From NCBI GenBank assembly GCA_963836185.1, contig CAWIIQ010000002.1:96001-160000 (forward strand): a stretch of DNA of 64,000 bases, given 5' to 3'. Below are positions 38,176 to 48,359 of the stretch, piece after piece. The stretch is from Candidatus Krumholzibacteriia bacterium (GTDB taxonomy: Bacteria > Krumholzibacteriota > Krumholzibacteriia > Krumholzibacteriales > Krumholzibacteriaceae). Each line of letters begins with the position of its first letter. The first letter of the stretch is position 1. Made by a program: the position numbers and the translations under genes. The notes beneath the pieces were generated by a model, which was given only the letters and a program-made list of their open reading frames with translations, was not told where the DNA came from and made no database searches.

Positions 38176-39674
38176 CAGGAGAGAAAAAACCCGTCACCCA
38201 GCGGAATGTTGATGAACTCGTAGTTGTCGCTGAAACGGGTATCGAGGATGATATCCCTTTCCTGGACCTTGATCCTGCCGAGATCCTCAAGGCGCTTTCC
38301 ACTATGTACCTGGATATTCCCGAGAAGGAGCAGGTCGGGGTCCCTGTCGAGAACGTGTGATCCGAGGGATTTCATGCGACCCGGCTGATCAGATACGATC
38401 TTTCCCTTTCTCGCGATCTCCGGTTCGGTCAGCCCGAGGATGTCGACGACCGGAAGGCCGCTGTAGAAACCGATCGCTCCCGTCGATCCGCATCCGAGGC
38501 TCGTTCCTTCCGGCAGCCTTGCCGCAAGTTCCTCACCGACCCATCCGAAGGCCTTGACCATAAGACGCTCGCGCCTGATGACCGCGTGGCCTGACGAACC
38601 CGGGGCCATCGCGATACTTGTGAATATGACCGCGAGAGCGGCGGACTGCCATGCGCCGGCCCGGCCCCGAGGTATTTTCTCCTGGGTCATGACGATGCGG
38701 GGGATCACTGCCGCTGCCATGACCGCTATCGCCGGGAGAGAGGGGACTAGGAGTCCGAACTGGGGTGTCGAGGCGCCGCCGGCGAGGGCCGCGATCACCC
38801 AGTTGAGGATGATGATCGAGACGGGTACGATAACAGTGCCGAAATCTTTTCCGGTATCGTTCCGTTCCTTCGTGTTCCGGAAGATGAGCGCCGCGGCTGG
38901 CAGCCAGATGTACCAGGCGGCGAACCGTGCCGTATAGGACAGGCCGTTACGCAGCTGGGCCGCGGGTGCGCCTGTTTTCGCGTAAAATGTGTTCGGCAGG
39001 ACACCGCCGAAATACGAAATCTTCCATACGATATAAGGGACGAGAAACAGCGCAGCCACCAGTATCCCTTCTGCAGCGACCCGCCGCGGGGACTCCCCCC
39101 GGATGATCAGGAGAATGGCGGCCAGGACAAAGAACGCGGCCCCTTCAGGGAACACGAGCGTGAGTATGGCGAATATCGTCAATGTGGGACGTGTCTCGCG
39201 GCCTGTCGAGATAAACAGCATTCCGGCCGTGAGAAGAAATGTGAACATGGGGATCCCGGTGCCCGAGAGCGCCCACGCGGTGAACGGAGTCGACGCCGCG
39301 AGGATCAGCGGCGCCGCGGCTGCCACTCCCGTTCCCGCAGGCTTATTTCCCCTCCCGGCAATGACCGGGGCACAGGCGATCCATGTGAGGATGAGTGTGC
39401 CGGCAGAGAAGAGAAGACTGATGACCCTCGCTCCCGCTGCGGTCGGAATGCCCGCTTTTGACGCAGTGGCCATGATGATGACCCACAGAAAACCTGTATA
39501 ACCTTCGACGCGTTCGCCGGGATTGAATACGAGGCCCTCGCCGGAGGCGGCGTTACGGGCATACCTCATTCCGATATAAGCGTCGTCGGGCACATAGTGG
39601 AACCACCAGAGGCCGCCGGCAAAGACTGCCGCTATCACGGCCGCGAGGATGATGTTTCTCGCCGCGGGAGCCAT
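38139..39674 (-). CDS. GT-C-like membrane glycosyltransferase (arabinofuranosyltransferase-like)
   Basis: DDAYI..RYA.N, GERVEGYT, PNTFYAK, GAIGFYS..PVVDILGL. Confidence 0.7.
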   Translation of the reverse strand: MAPAARNIILAAVIAAVFAGGLWWFHYVPDDAYIGMRYARNAASGEGLVFNPGERVEGYTGFLWVIIMATASKAGIPTAAGARVISLLFSAGTLILTWIACAPVIAGRGNKPAGTGVAAAAPLILAASTPFTAWALSGTGIPMFTFLLTAGMLFISTGRETRPTLTIFAILTLVFPEGAAFFVLAAILLIIRGESPRRVAAEGILVAALFLVPYIVWKISYFGGVLPNTFYAKTGAPAAQLRNGLSYTARFAAWYIWLPAAALIFRNTKERNDTGKDFGTVIVPVSIIILNWVIAALAGGASTPQFGLLVPSLPAIAVMAAAVIPRIVMTQEKIPRGRAGAWQSAALAVIFTSIAMAPGSSGHAVIRRERLMVKAFGWVGEELAARLPEGTSLGCGSTGAIGFYSGLPVVDILGLTEPEIARKGKIVSDQPGRMKSLGSHVLDRDPDLLLLGNIQVHSGKRLEDLGRIKVQERDIILDTRFSDNYEFINIPLGDGFFLSCYGRSGSAVFSE

Positions 39675-39679
39675 CCCTG

Positions 39680-39922
39680 TCAGTTCTCCAGGAATATCAC
39701 GGGGCAGGTGATCGTCTGCTGGATGCCCGGAACGGGCTGGATATTCTCCAGGACTGATTTGCCGATCTCATTGAATGTCGCCCCGTCCACGACAGCGATC
39801 ATGTCATACGGTCCTGACACCGCGTGGACCTCGGTCACGAAATCCATCTTCCGCAGTTTCATGAGTACGTCTTCAGAGGCGCCCGCCGCGATATTGATGA
39901 GTATGAAAGCCCTTGCTCTCAT
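39680..39922 (-). CDS. Stand-alone Lrp/AsnC ligand-binding (RAM) domain protein
   Basis: AFILIN, VHAVSGPYDMIAVV, PGIQQTIT; no HTH. Confidence 0.85.
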   Translation of the reverse strand: MRARAFILINIAAGASEDVLMKLRKMDFVTEVHAVSGPYDMIAVVDGATFNEIGKSVLENIQPVPGIQQTITCPVIFLEN

Positions 39923-40060
39923 GATCGATCCCCCTTTCTTTGCCGCGCTGCTTTTCTGTCTGCGAGGTCCTGCTTCCGCTACTAGAAATTACAGCAGGCA
40001 CCCGCAGCCGGTCAATACAATCAGGAGGGAGGTGATATTATGGAAGGCCTGATATCGATA

Positions 40061-40987
40061 TCAGAAACGGTAGGCGGCGGTAACACGTGTCTGTCTGCCC
40101 AGGTTGTCATCCGGGTCGAATCCGAACGCCAGCGCAAGCCTGGCGCCGCCCAGCTCCGCTGTGACTCCGCACCACGGGATAGTTCTGCTGTAGTTGACGG
40201 TCCTGATGTCAGCTCCTGCCTGCAGCCAGAGGATACTGCTTATCAGGCTCAGCTCTCCTCCGAGGCGGTAACTGCTCAACTCGCCCTCACGGAAGAGGAC
40301 GTCGAACTCGGTGGAGAAACGCCCGTAAATGATCTCCTCGACCGAAGCGGCGAAGGAGACTGTGGGGCCGATCTCCCACGAACTGAACGGGTAGTGGACT
40401 TTGCTCCAGACATCTTTCACCGTCGCGGCAAACCATATGTGACGGGTCAATCTTGTGGTAAGAGCGATATCAAGAGCCGATCCCCAGGCCCCCGCGTCGT
40501 CGACGTCAGACCAGCTCTTCATCATCCTCCAGCTGACGCCTATGTAGTTGTAAGGGTTGAAGCTGAATGCCGCGGAGAGGCCCACAGTTCCCTCGTTCCA
40601 TCCTGAACCCTCGGAGAGCTTCAGGCCTAGATGGGAGATCGTCATCGCGACCGCGAGGCGCCTGACCTCTACCGTTCCATCTATCGATCTGCGATGGTCG
40701 AGAAGGCCCGTTCCCAAAGAGACTACAGTGTATAGATTGTCCATGCCCGGAATCGGTTTTGTCGTTCCGATGCCTATGCCTGGAGATGTGAGAAAGACGA
40801 GATTGGCCGGATTCCAGTACGCGGCCGCCTCGTCACGGACGAGGATCGTGCCTGCGCCGCCCAGCGCCTGGCCGCGCGCGTCCCACCCCAGCGGAAGGAA
40901 GGTCCCGCCCTGCGACCCCTCTTGTGCCGTTAGGGCGCAGGGAAGGAGCAGCAGTATCGCCGCCGTTATGACAAACCGCCGGGCCAT
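40061..40987 (-). CDS. PorV/PorQ-like (UPF0164) outer-membrane beta-barrel
   Basis: Signal peptide; FL..G.DARGQALGGA...AAYWNPANL; terminal YRF. Confidence 0.8.
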   Translation of the reverse strand: MARRFVITAAILLLLPCALTAQEGSQGGTFLPLGWDARGQALGGAGTILVRDEAAAYWNPANLVFLTSPGIGIGTTKPIPGMDNLYTVVSLGTGLLDHRRSIDGTVEVRRLAVAMTISHLGLKLSEGSGWNEGTVGLSAAFSFNPYNYIGVSWRMMKSWSDVDDAGAWGSALDIALTTRLTRHIWFAATVKDVWSKVHYPFSSWEIGPTVSFAASVEEIIYGRFSTEFDVLFREGELSSYRLGGELSLISSILWLQAGADIRTVNYSRTIPWCGVTAELGGARLALAFGFDPDDNLGRQTRVTAAYRF

Positions 40988-42574
40988 CTATCTCACCACC
41001 GCTATGAATGCCTTGTCGACCGTTCTGCCTCCCGCGGTCTCTATTATGATCACTACCAGACAGGGGCCGTTCTTTACCATTTCACCGTCGTCGTTTGTCA
41101 GGTCCCACGCGATATCGAAGCTCGTGCCGGGCCCCGGAACTGTGATGCTTCTGATCCTCTCGCCCCTCATGTCGTAGATGTCGAGGGTTACAGAGGAAGC
41201 AGTCTCGGCGGAGACGACCTGGAAGGTATTGGGACCCCTGAACACTTCGGGATATGTTATTCCGGTTGTAGGGTCGAGTGTCGTCCGGACGGTATTGGAG
41301 ACGGAGCTCATATTGCCCGCCCTGTCCTGTCCGAAAGCCCAGAACTCGTTCGATCCCTCGGTCAGCGTGAGCTCGAATGGATCTCCCTGCGACAGCCCGG
41401 CTGTGATGAATCCGGCGCTGTCTATGGAAGCGCCTGCTTGCCAGTATACGAAGAGGGAATCGGTATCGTCATCGTACTGTATGTAGAGATTGAGCAGCGG
41501 CTGGATCATCCTTGCTGGAGGATCCGCGATAAGCGGCGCCGCCGGAGGCGTCCTGTCCAGCTTGAAGGAGAGATCCTCGATCGACTGGTTGTTGTAGAAA
41601 TCCTTCGAGAAGACCTTCAGCACGTATCCGCCTTCGGCATAGCCCATCGTCCCGTTCGCCGTGTCAGGCGTGTCGACGCTCCAGTACAGGGTGTCGCCGT
41701 CGAGCCAGGTGGACTCGGGGACGGTCCTCGGTCCCTCGAAATTGTCGGGACCTGTCCACGAATACTCGATCCAGCTGATACTGCTCCGGTCGTATGTGCG
41801 ACCGATGATCTCCTGCGGGACCTCAGGGGTATTGGAGGGCACACTGGTCAGGATCTCGAGCTCCGGGCCCTCGCTGTCGACGTAGACATTTCCGCTGTCA
41901 GCGTCACTGTTGCCTGCCTCATCGATCACCGAGACAGTGATAACATGCATGCCGCTCTCGGGCGAAGCGGGTTTCCAGCTGCTGGTCCACTCCCCGTCAG
42001 CCATTATATCGAGAGAGGTGGTCTGTTCCTTGCCGGAGGGCGCCCTGACGGTCATGCTCGACGAGGCCCCTGTCTCCCAGCCCGATATGGCGTAGTAGAC
42101 GGACACCGACGATGAGGTGTCGGGGTATCCCGGCGCATAGACGCCAGGCTCGATCCTGTCTATGTTTACCTGCGGTGAAGTGAGGTCGATGACGACCGTT
42201 CTCAATATGCTCTCGCCCGTTCCTCCTGTCGATTCATAGAGACGCAGGTCGTACTCGCCTTCGGGGAGAAGGGCCCCCGTCCAGTCCGTACCGCCCCATA
42301 TCACCGGATGATCCCCCGCGGCAGCGGGCGCTTCGAGGATCAGCGTGTCGTATACTGTGGTGGATATCTCGTCTTCTATCGTTATGATCAGGGTGTCCAC
42401 CGGGGATGAGAGGCTCGCCGTGACGGTCATCTCGTCCTTGACGCCGTCCCCGTTCGGGGATATCGACGGGAAATTTATGAACAGGGAAGCGCTCCCGGCC
42501 CAGACGGCCAGCGCGGTCACGATAAGGATCCCCTGGATTGTCAGAATCGCGCGTCGCACGTCTACACCTCTCAA
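40988..42574 (-). CDS. Secreted multi-Ig protein with FlgD-Ig-like domains
   Basis: ISPNGDGVKD, DLTSP/DRTPP repeats, IYDMRGERIR...WDLTNDDGEMV. Confidence 0.75.
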   Translation of the reverse strand: MRGVDVRRAILTIQGILIVTALAVWAGSASLFINFPSISPNGDGVKDEMTVTASLSSPVDTLIITIEDEISTTVYDTLILEAPAAAGDHPVIWGGTDWTGALLPEGEYDLRLYESTGGTGESILRTVVIDLTSPQVNIDRIEPGVYAPGYPDTSSSVSVYYAISGWETGASSSMTVRAPSGKEQTTSLDIMADGEWTSSWKPASPESGMHVITVSVIDEAGNSDADSGNVYVDSEGPELEILTSVPSNTPEVPQEIIGRTYDRSSISWIEYSWTGPDNFEGPRTVPESTWLDGDTLYWSVDTPDTANGTMGYAEGGYVLKVFSKDFYNNQSIEDLSFKLDRTPPAAPLIADPPARMIQPLLNLYIQYDDDTDSLFVYWQAGASIDSAGFITAGLSQGDPFELTLTEGSNEFWAFGQDRAGNMSSVSNTVRTTLDPTTGITYPEVFRGPNTFQVVSAETASSVTLDIYDMRGERIRSITVPGPGTSFDIAWDLTNDDGEMVKNGPCLVVIIIETAGGRTVDKAFIAVVR

Positions 42575-42829
42575 ATGGAGTCTGGCGCATTATAAGCAAT
42601 TACAGGGGGTTGGGCAAATATAATATACCCCGCTGAAAATGGCAAGTTCCCCTCTGTTTTTGACTTGAAAACAGCGAGAATCGTGCCTGCGGGAAGATAT
42701 TCGTCCCGGTCCCCCTGAAACTGTCAATAATTCTTGTCCCTGGGCGGATGTTGGATTATCGTTAGATCCCTTTCAATATTTGATGGTGTTCAGGAGATTG
42801 AAAAAAACAGCTGTTACAGGAGAGATAGC

Positions 42830-44485
42830 TTGATAGAGGATCTGATCTTCCAGCTGATCGGTGGGCTCGGTTTCTTCCTCTACGGCATGAAATTCATGTC
42901 TGAGGGTCTCAGAAAAGTCGCGAGCGACCGTCTCAAGAGCATCCTTTCCCATCTGACAAAGAACAGGGTCATAGCGCTTCTTGTCGGGACGGGTGTGACT
43001 GCCGTGATCCAGAGCAGCAGCGCCATGACCGTCATGGTTATCGGATTTGTAAACGCGGGGCTGCTCACCTTTAAACAGGCCATACCGGTCGTGCTCGGGG
43101 CAAATATCGGCACGACATTTACCGCATGGCTCGTAAGCTTCTTCGCGATGTTCAAGATAACTCACTACGCTCTGCCCGCCGTCGGGATAGGATTCCTGAT
43201 GATGGTCGTGGCCCGCAGGTCCCATATACGCCAGTGGGGAGAAGTGCTGTTCGGATTCGGTGTACTCTTCGTCGGAATCGGGTTCATGAAGGACGCCTTC
43301 GAACCGCTCGAGAACAGCCAGCGTGTCCTGGACATCATGGTCAACTTCAGCAGGTATCCGGTCCTCGGAGTACTTGTCGGGACAGTTATCACGATGCTTC
43401 TCCAGAGCTCGAGTGCTACGATAGCTATCGTTCAGGTCCTGGCCTTCAATGGACTGATCGACTTCCCGTCAGCCGTGCCTATCGTGCTGGGCGACAATAT
43501 CGGAACGACGATCACGGCGCAGATCGCAAGGATCGGGGGCACGACGGGGGCGATAAGGATCGCCTGGGCACACACCCTGATGAAAGTCTTCGGGACGACA
43601 TACGTGATGGTTTTCGTATATCTCGGTGTATACACACAGTTTATCGAGTGGCTTATCCCCGGGGACCTCAACTCCGGCAATATTCTTTTCCATATAGCTC
43701 TCGCGCACTCGGTCTTCAACGTGTTCAACGCCTGCTTCTTCCTTCCTCTCATACCGACGGTGCAGAGGCTGATTGAAAAGATGATCAAGCCGAAGGGGGA
43801 CGTGATAGATGCAGCTCCGCAATATCTCGAGAAGCATCTTCTGGAGACGCCCCCGATCGCGCTGGAACAGAGCAAGAAGGAGATAGTGCGGATGCTGGGG
43901 CTAGCAGGTTCATCACTGGAGAAATCGTACGAATTGTACAGTACCGGCAGGATCGGGCTGTCGAGAAAAGTGGCGCGGCTGGAACATGCCGTTGACAACC
44001 TGCAGGCCGAGATCACACGCTACCTCATCGACATATCCATGGAGGAGCTCGAGGAGCAGGACGCCGAGATGATCCCGGTATTCATCCATTCGGTCAACGA
44101 CATCGAGCGGATCGCCGACAATGCGGTGAACATATCCGAGCTCGGCCAGCGGCGCAGCAGCAAGGATCTCAGTTTTTCCGCTATGGCGATCGATGAACTT
44201 GACGCGATGTACAAAGTCGTAAGCGAGATGCTCGACGATGTTAAAAAGGGGCTGGAGATGGAGGACCTCGATGCGGCAAGGGAGGCGCTGATCAAAGAGG
44301 AGGAACTCAATGAGATGCAGCGCTCGCTGCGGAAGTCTCACACGAAGAGGCTCAGTGAGGGCTCCTGTCAGATGCTCTCCGGGATAGTCTTCATCGATTG
44401 CGTCGACTGTTTCGAGAAGATCGGGGATCACCTTTCGAATATCGCGGAAGGTATTCTCGGCGGTTTCCGGTGGGAATCGTCCTGA
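42830..44485 (+). CDS. Na/Pi cotransporter (NptA/YjbB, PhoU-domain) copy 1
   Basis: QSSS repeats, GANIGTT and GDNIGTT, DIERIAD and EKIGDH; TTG start after AGGAGAG. Confidence 0.92.
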   Translation: MIEDLIFQLIGGLGFFLYGMKFMSEGLRKVASDRLKSILSHLTKNRVIALLVGTGVTAVIQSSSAMTVMVIGFVNAGLLTFKQAIPVVLGANIGTTFTAWLVSFFAMFKITHYALPAVGIGFLMMVVARRSHIRQWGEVLFGFGVLFVGIGFMKDAFEPLENSQRVLDIMVNFSRYPVLGVLVGTVITMLLQSSSATIAIVQVLAFNGLIDFPSAVPIVLGDNIGTTITAQIARIGGTTGAIRIAWAHTLMKVFGTTYVMVFVYLGVYTQFIEWLIPGDLNSGNILFHIALAHSVFNVFNACFFLPLIPTVQRLIEKMIKPKGDVIDAAPQYLEKHLLETPPIALEQSKKEIVRMLGLAGSSLEKSYELYSTGRIGLSRKVARLEHAVDNLQAEITRYLIDISMEELEEQDAEMIPVFIHSVNDIERIADNAVNISELGQRRSSKDLSFSAMAIDELDAMYKVVSEMLDDVKKGLEMEDLDAAREALIKEEELNEMQRSLRKSHTKRLSEGSCQMLSGIVFIDCVDCFEKIGDHLSNIAEGILGGFRWESS

Positions 44486-44591
44486 TCCGGTCCTTTTCTT
44501 TATCTCTTGTTTCCGGACGGTTATTGGATTAACATTCAATTTCCTTCCAGATGTTTAAGATGACCTTGACAAAAGTCATGGGAGAAATGCC

Positions 44592-46241
44592 TTGTTTGAG
44601 GATCTGACTTTTCAGCTCATCGGTGGCCTCGGCTTCTTTCTTTTCGGCATGAAGTATATGTCGGAGGGCCTCAGGAAGGTCGCTAGCGACCGCCTCAAGA
44701 ACATCCTTTCGCACCTGACGAAGAACAGGCTCATTGCTCTTTTCGTCGGTGCGGGCGCGACAGCCTTGATACAGAGCAGCAGCGCGATGACCGTGATGCT
44801 CGTTGGTTTCGTAAATGCGAGTCTGATGACGTTCAGGCAGGCCCTGCCCGTCGTGCTCGGGGCCAATATCGGAACGACATTCACCGCGTGGCTCGTCAGT
44901 TTCTTCGCTGTATTCAAGATCACACATTACGCACTTCCCGCCGTCGGAATCGGTTTCCTTATGATGATCGTGGCCCGCAAGTCAACGATGCGTCAGTGGG
45001 GAGAGGTCCTGTTCGGATTCGGCGTTCTGTTCGTCGGGATAGGGTTTATGAAGGACGCCTTCGAACCGCTCGAGAGCAGCCAGAGGATCCTGGACATAAT
45101 GGTCAATTTCAGCAAGTACCCGATCCTCGGCGTGCTTGTGGGGACTGTCGTCACCGTGCTCCTTCAGAGCTCGAGCGCGACTATCGCCCTCGTTCAGATC
45201 CTTGCTTTCAATGGCCTTATAGATTTTGCATCGGCGATTCCCATCATCCTCGGGGACAATATCGGAACGACGATCACCGCTCAGATCGCGAGGATAGGGG
45301 GAACGACAGGGGCGAGGAGGGTCGCCTGGGCGCACACACTGTTCAACGTGATCGGGACGATGTACATGCTCGTATTCGTCTATCCAGGATGGTACAGCCG
45401 ATTCATCCAGTGGATAATCCCCGGTGAGCTCGCGCCGAACAATATCATGCTCCACATCGCCCTTTCGCACTCGATCTTCAATGTGTCCAACGCCATTATC
45501 TTCTTCCCGTTGATACCCGCCCTGCAGAGGGTAGTCGAGAAGCTGGTAAAGCCGAAGGGGGATGCGGTCGATTCCGAACCGCAGTATCTCGAGAAGCATC
45601 TCCTCGAGACGCCCTCTATCGCGTTGGAACAGAGTAAGAGAGAGATCCTGCGAATGCTTGACCTGGCGGAATCTGCTTTTGAGAGCGCTTACGAGATGTA
45701 CAGGACTGGCAGGAACGAACTGGCGAGAAATGTGGCCCGTCGCGAGCAGGCCGTCGACAACCTCCAGACAGAGATCACGAGGTACCTTATCGACATATCG
45801 ATGGAGGAACTAGAACAGGAAAACGCGGAGATGATCCCGGTTTTGATCCATTCGGTCAACGATATCGAGCGTATCGCCGATAACGCGGTAAATATCGTCG
45901 AACTCGGCCAGCGCCGCAGCGACAAGGACCTGAGTTTTTCTGAAATGGCTATCGCGGAACTTGACGGAATGTATACGGTCGTTAGTGAGATGTTCGTCGA
46001 TGTAGCGAAAGGGCTGGAGACGGGAGACCTCGATGCGGCCCGTGAAGCGATGATCAAGGAGGAAGAGCTCAATATCCTCCAGCGCTCGCTGAGGAAATCT
46101 CACACCAGTAGACTCAACGAGGGCTCCTGCCTCATGAGCTCGGGGATCGTGTTCATCGACTGTGTCGACTGTTTCGAGAAGATCGGGGATCACCTGTCGA
46201 ATATCGCGGAAGGGCTGATCGGCGGGCTTCGCTGGGAATAG
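44592..46241 (+). CDS. Na/Pi cotransporter copy 2 (tandem paralog)
   Basis: Same motifs; long stretches identical to copy 1. Confidence 0.92.
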   Translation: MFEDLTFQLIGGLGFFLFGMKYMSEGLRKVASDRLKNILSHLTKNRLIALFVGAGATALIQSSSAMTVMLVGFVNASLMTFRQALPVVLGANIGTTFTAWLVSFFAVFKITHYALPAVGIGFLMMIVARKSTMRQWGEVLFGFGVLFVGIGFMKDAFEPLESSQRILDIMVNFSKYPILGVLVGTVVTVLLQSSSATIALVQILAFNGLIDFASAIPIILGDNIGTTITAQIARIGGTTGARRVAWAHTLFNVIGTMYMLVFVYPGWYSRFIQWIIPGELAPNNIMLHIALSHSIFNVSNAIIFFPLIPALQRVVEKLVKPKGDAVDSEPQYLEKHLLETPSIALEQSKREILRMLDLAESAFESAYEMYRTGRNELARNVARREQAVDNLQTEITRYLIDISMEELEQENAEMIPVLIHSVNDIERIADNAVNIVELGQRRSDKDLSFSEMAIAELDGMYTVVSEMFVDVAKGLETGDLDAAREAMIKEEELNILQRSLRKSHTSRLNEGSCLMSSGIVFIDCVDCFEKIGDHLSNIAEGLIGGLRWE

Positions 46242-46244
46242 CCC

Positions 46245-48359
46245 TTAGGGCCGGCTCTCTTTGGCCTTTCTCATGAGTCTCTCGACATGTTCATTGGAAG
46301 GCGGGTTGAACCTGTCTAGCGTGGCGGCCCTCTGAAGATGCTCTAGCGCCTGCATGTACTCGCCGAGGTTCTCCAGCACGACGCTCATATTGAAATGCAG
46401 CTCTGCTACGTTTAACTGCTCCTTCAATGCCGCGGCCAGTATCTTCCTCGCCTTCTCCCAGTTTCCCAGCTCCATCTCCAGTGTGGCGAGGTTGTTCAGA
46501 GAGACCCAGTCCGCGGGGTAGAGCATTCTCGCGTATCGGTACATACTTCTCGCACCGTCGAAATCGCCTTCCTTCTGGAGTTCGGCCCCCCTGTTGAGTA
46601 CAGCCGATGTGAGATTCCGTATGTAATCATCGTTCTCCGGGTCAAGCTCGAGGGCCCTTTCATAAGCCTCGACCGCTGTCGGGTACATGTTGCCGTGGTT
46701 GCAGGCATATCCGAGTCGTGTCCACAATCTCGCGCTGTCGGGAAAGACCGATACGAGCATCTGCAGTTCCTCCGACGCCTCCCTGAACCATCGGTTCTCG
46801 ATATACGCCTCTGCAAGGTCCGTCCTGTAGGCATAGTTATCCGGTACGATCTCCGATGCCCTGTGGAAATATGTTATCGCCTCGAGCGGATCCTCGAGTC
46901 TCATCTCCGCCGAACCGAGCCTGTGCCAGATATCCGCGTTACCAGGATCTTCCGAGGAAGCCCTCGACCACCATTCGGATGCTTTCTGATAATCCCTCCC
47001 GTGCCAGGCCTGCGCGCCTATGACCGTAGCCGCCCTGCCGACCGGGAGAGGAAGGTCGAGGATCCGGCTTTCGCCCGCCTCGAGCGAGAAGCCGGTGACG
47101 ATGACCGGCGCCAGGTGGAAGATGCCGAGTGCGACGACAAGAACGGCTGAAGCCTTCAGCTCCTTCGCTGAGGCGGCGCTGCTTCGCATTGCCGCGGCTG
47201 CGTATACGGACATCGCAGCCGAGGCGGGTACGATGAGGTCCCACCTCAGGCCTCCCTGGATCTTCGGCGCCGTGAGAAAGATGAATATGACGGCGGATGT
47301 GGCCGTTACGAGGAGAAAACCCATCGAATCCGGGATCTCATCGCCGGATCCCCGCTTCCAGGCCCTCGATACGGCGAGGACAACAGCCAGCAGTGCGGCG
47401 GGGCCCGCCAGGACGATGGCGTTCAACCCCAGCGCCAGGGCGCCGGCCGTCCCTGCCGCGGTCAATGAGTCGAATGCGCGCGAAGCAGCGGCGGCCAGGT
47501 GTGTCGACATCCCTGAAAGGCCGGCGAGCCTCGATGCGGCGAGATCAGCGGCTATCCAGCAGGCAGCAAGTGTCCCTGCCGCTGCCGCGGCCTCGAGACG
47601 GCTTTTCCTGCGCATCGCTGCCGAGATCAACAGATAGAGCAGGGGGGCTGCCAGAAAGATGTTCGATATATGAAGCATGATCGCTATAGCCGCCGCGAGG
47701 GCGGGAACGACGAGCGGGATAGCGCCGCCGCGAAGGCGGACGATCGAAAGGTATATGAACAGTCCCGCTCCGGCGGCAGCGAGGGGTGCGGCTCCGCCAA
47801 GGCCGAAGAATACAGCGAAATAACCGCCCGTCAGGGCAACGGCCGCGGCGGGGAAAGCGTCGCTGTCACTATCCCTGAAAGAGGCGCGGACCGATGCGGC
47901 AAAGAGGAGCCCCGCGATAACGCTCAGCAGGGCGGAGGTCTCGAACGAGTTCCAGAAGAGCAGCCGGTTGAGCAGCTCGAAGAATCCCCGTGACAGGGCT
48001 GTTGCCAGTGGAGCCGATGGCAGGATGGTGATGCCGCGTTCGATGGCGAGCCCCATCGAGTACCCGTCACCCCACAGGAAATGCCTGCTCCTCAGGAGCC
48101 ACATCATCACGAAAGCGGCCGCGGCCACCGCGACCGCCGCTTTCTTCGAGGACCGGCCGGGGATATCAAGGATCTTCCCCAGCCCGTCACGGATCCTGCC
48201 CACGAACAGGAGGAGAAGCGCGGCGGCGAATATTACGGAGGTCGTGAGCGAGACGCTCCTCCACGAGCTCGCGCCCCACAGCACTGTCTCCTGCGAGGTC
48301 GACGCGGCGACCGTCAGCAAGATAAAAGCGATAAAGAATATCCTGACCGTCAGGCTCAC
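46245..48359 (-). CDS. Multi-pass membrane protein with C-terminal TPRs (possibly GT-C-like)
   Basis: Hydrophobic N-terminal ~430 aa with RSRHFLWGDG; TPRs such as AYERALELDP. Confidence 0.7.
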   Translation of the reverse strand: MSLTVRIFFIAFILLTVAASTSQETVLWGASSWRSVSLTTSVIFAAALLLLFVGRIRDGLGKILDIPGRSSKKAAVAVAAAAFVMMWLLRSRHFLWGDGYSMGLAIERGITILPSAPLATALSRGFFELLNRLLFWNSFETSALLSVIAGLLFAASVRASFRDSDSDAFPAAAVALTGGYFAVFFGLGGAAPLAAAGAGLFIYLSIVRLRGGAIPLVVPALAAAIAIMLHISNIFLAAPLLYLLISAAMRRKSRLEAAAAAGTLAACWIAADLAASRLAGLSGMSTHLAAAASRAFDSLTAAGTAGALALGLNAIVLAGPAALLAVVLAVSRAWKRGSGDEIPDSMGFLLVTATSAVIFIFLTAPKIQGGLRWDLIVPASAAMSVYAAAAMRSSAASAKELKASAVLVVALGIFHLAPVIVTGFSLEAGESRILDLPLPVGRAATVIGAQAWHGRDYQKASEWWSRASSEDPGNADIWHRLGSAEMRLEDPLEAITYFHRASEIVPDNYAYRTDLAEAYIENRWFREASEELQMLVSVFPDSARLWTRLGYACNHGNMYPTAVEAYERALELDPENDDYIRNLTSAVLNRGAELQKEGDFDGARSMYRYARMLYPADWVSLNNLATLEMELGNWEKARKILAAALKEQLNVAELHFNMSVVLENLGEYMQALEHLQRAATLDRFNPPSNEHVERLMRKAKESRP

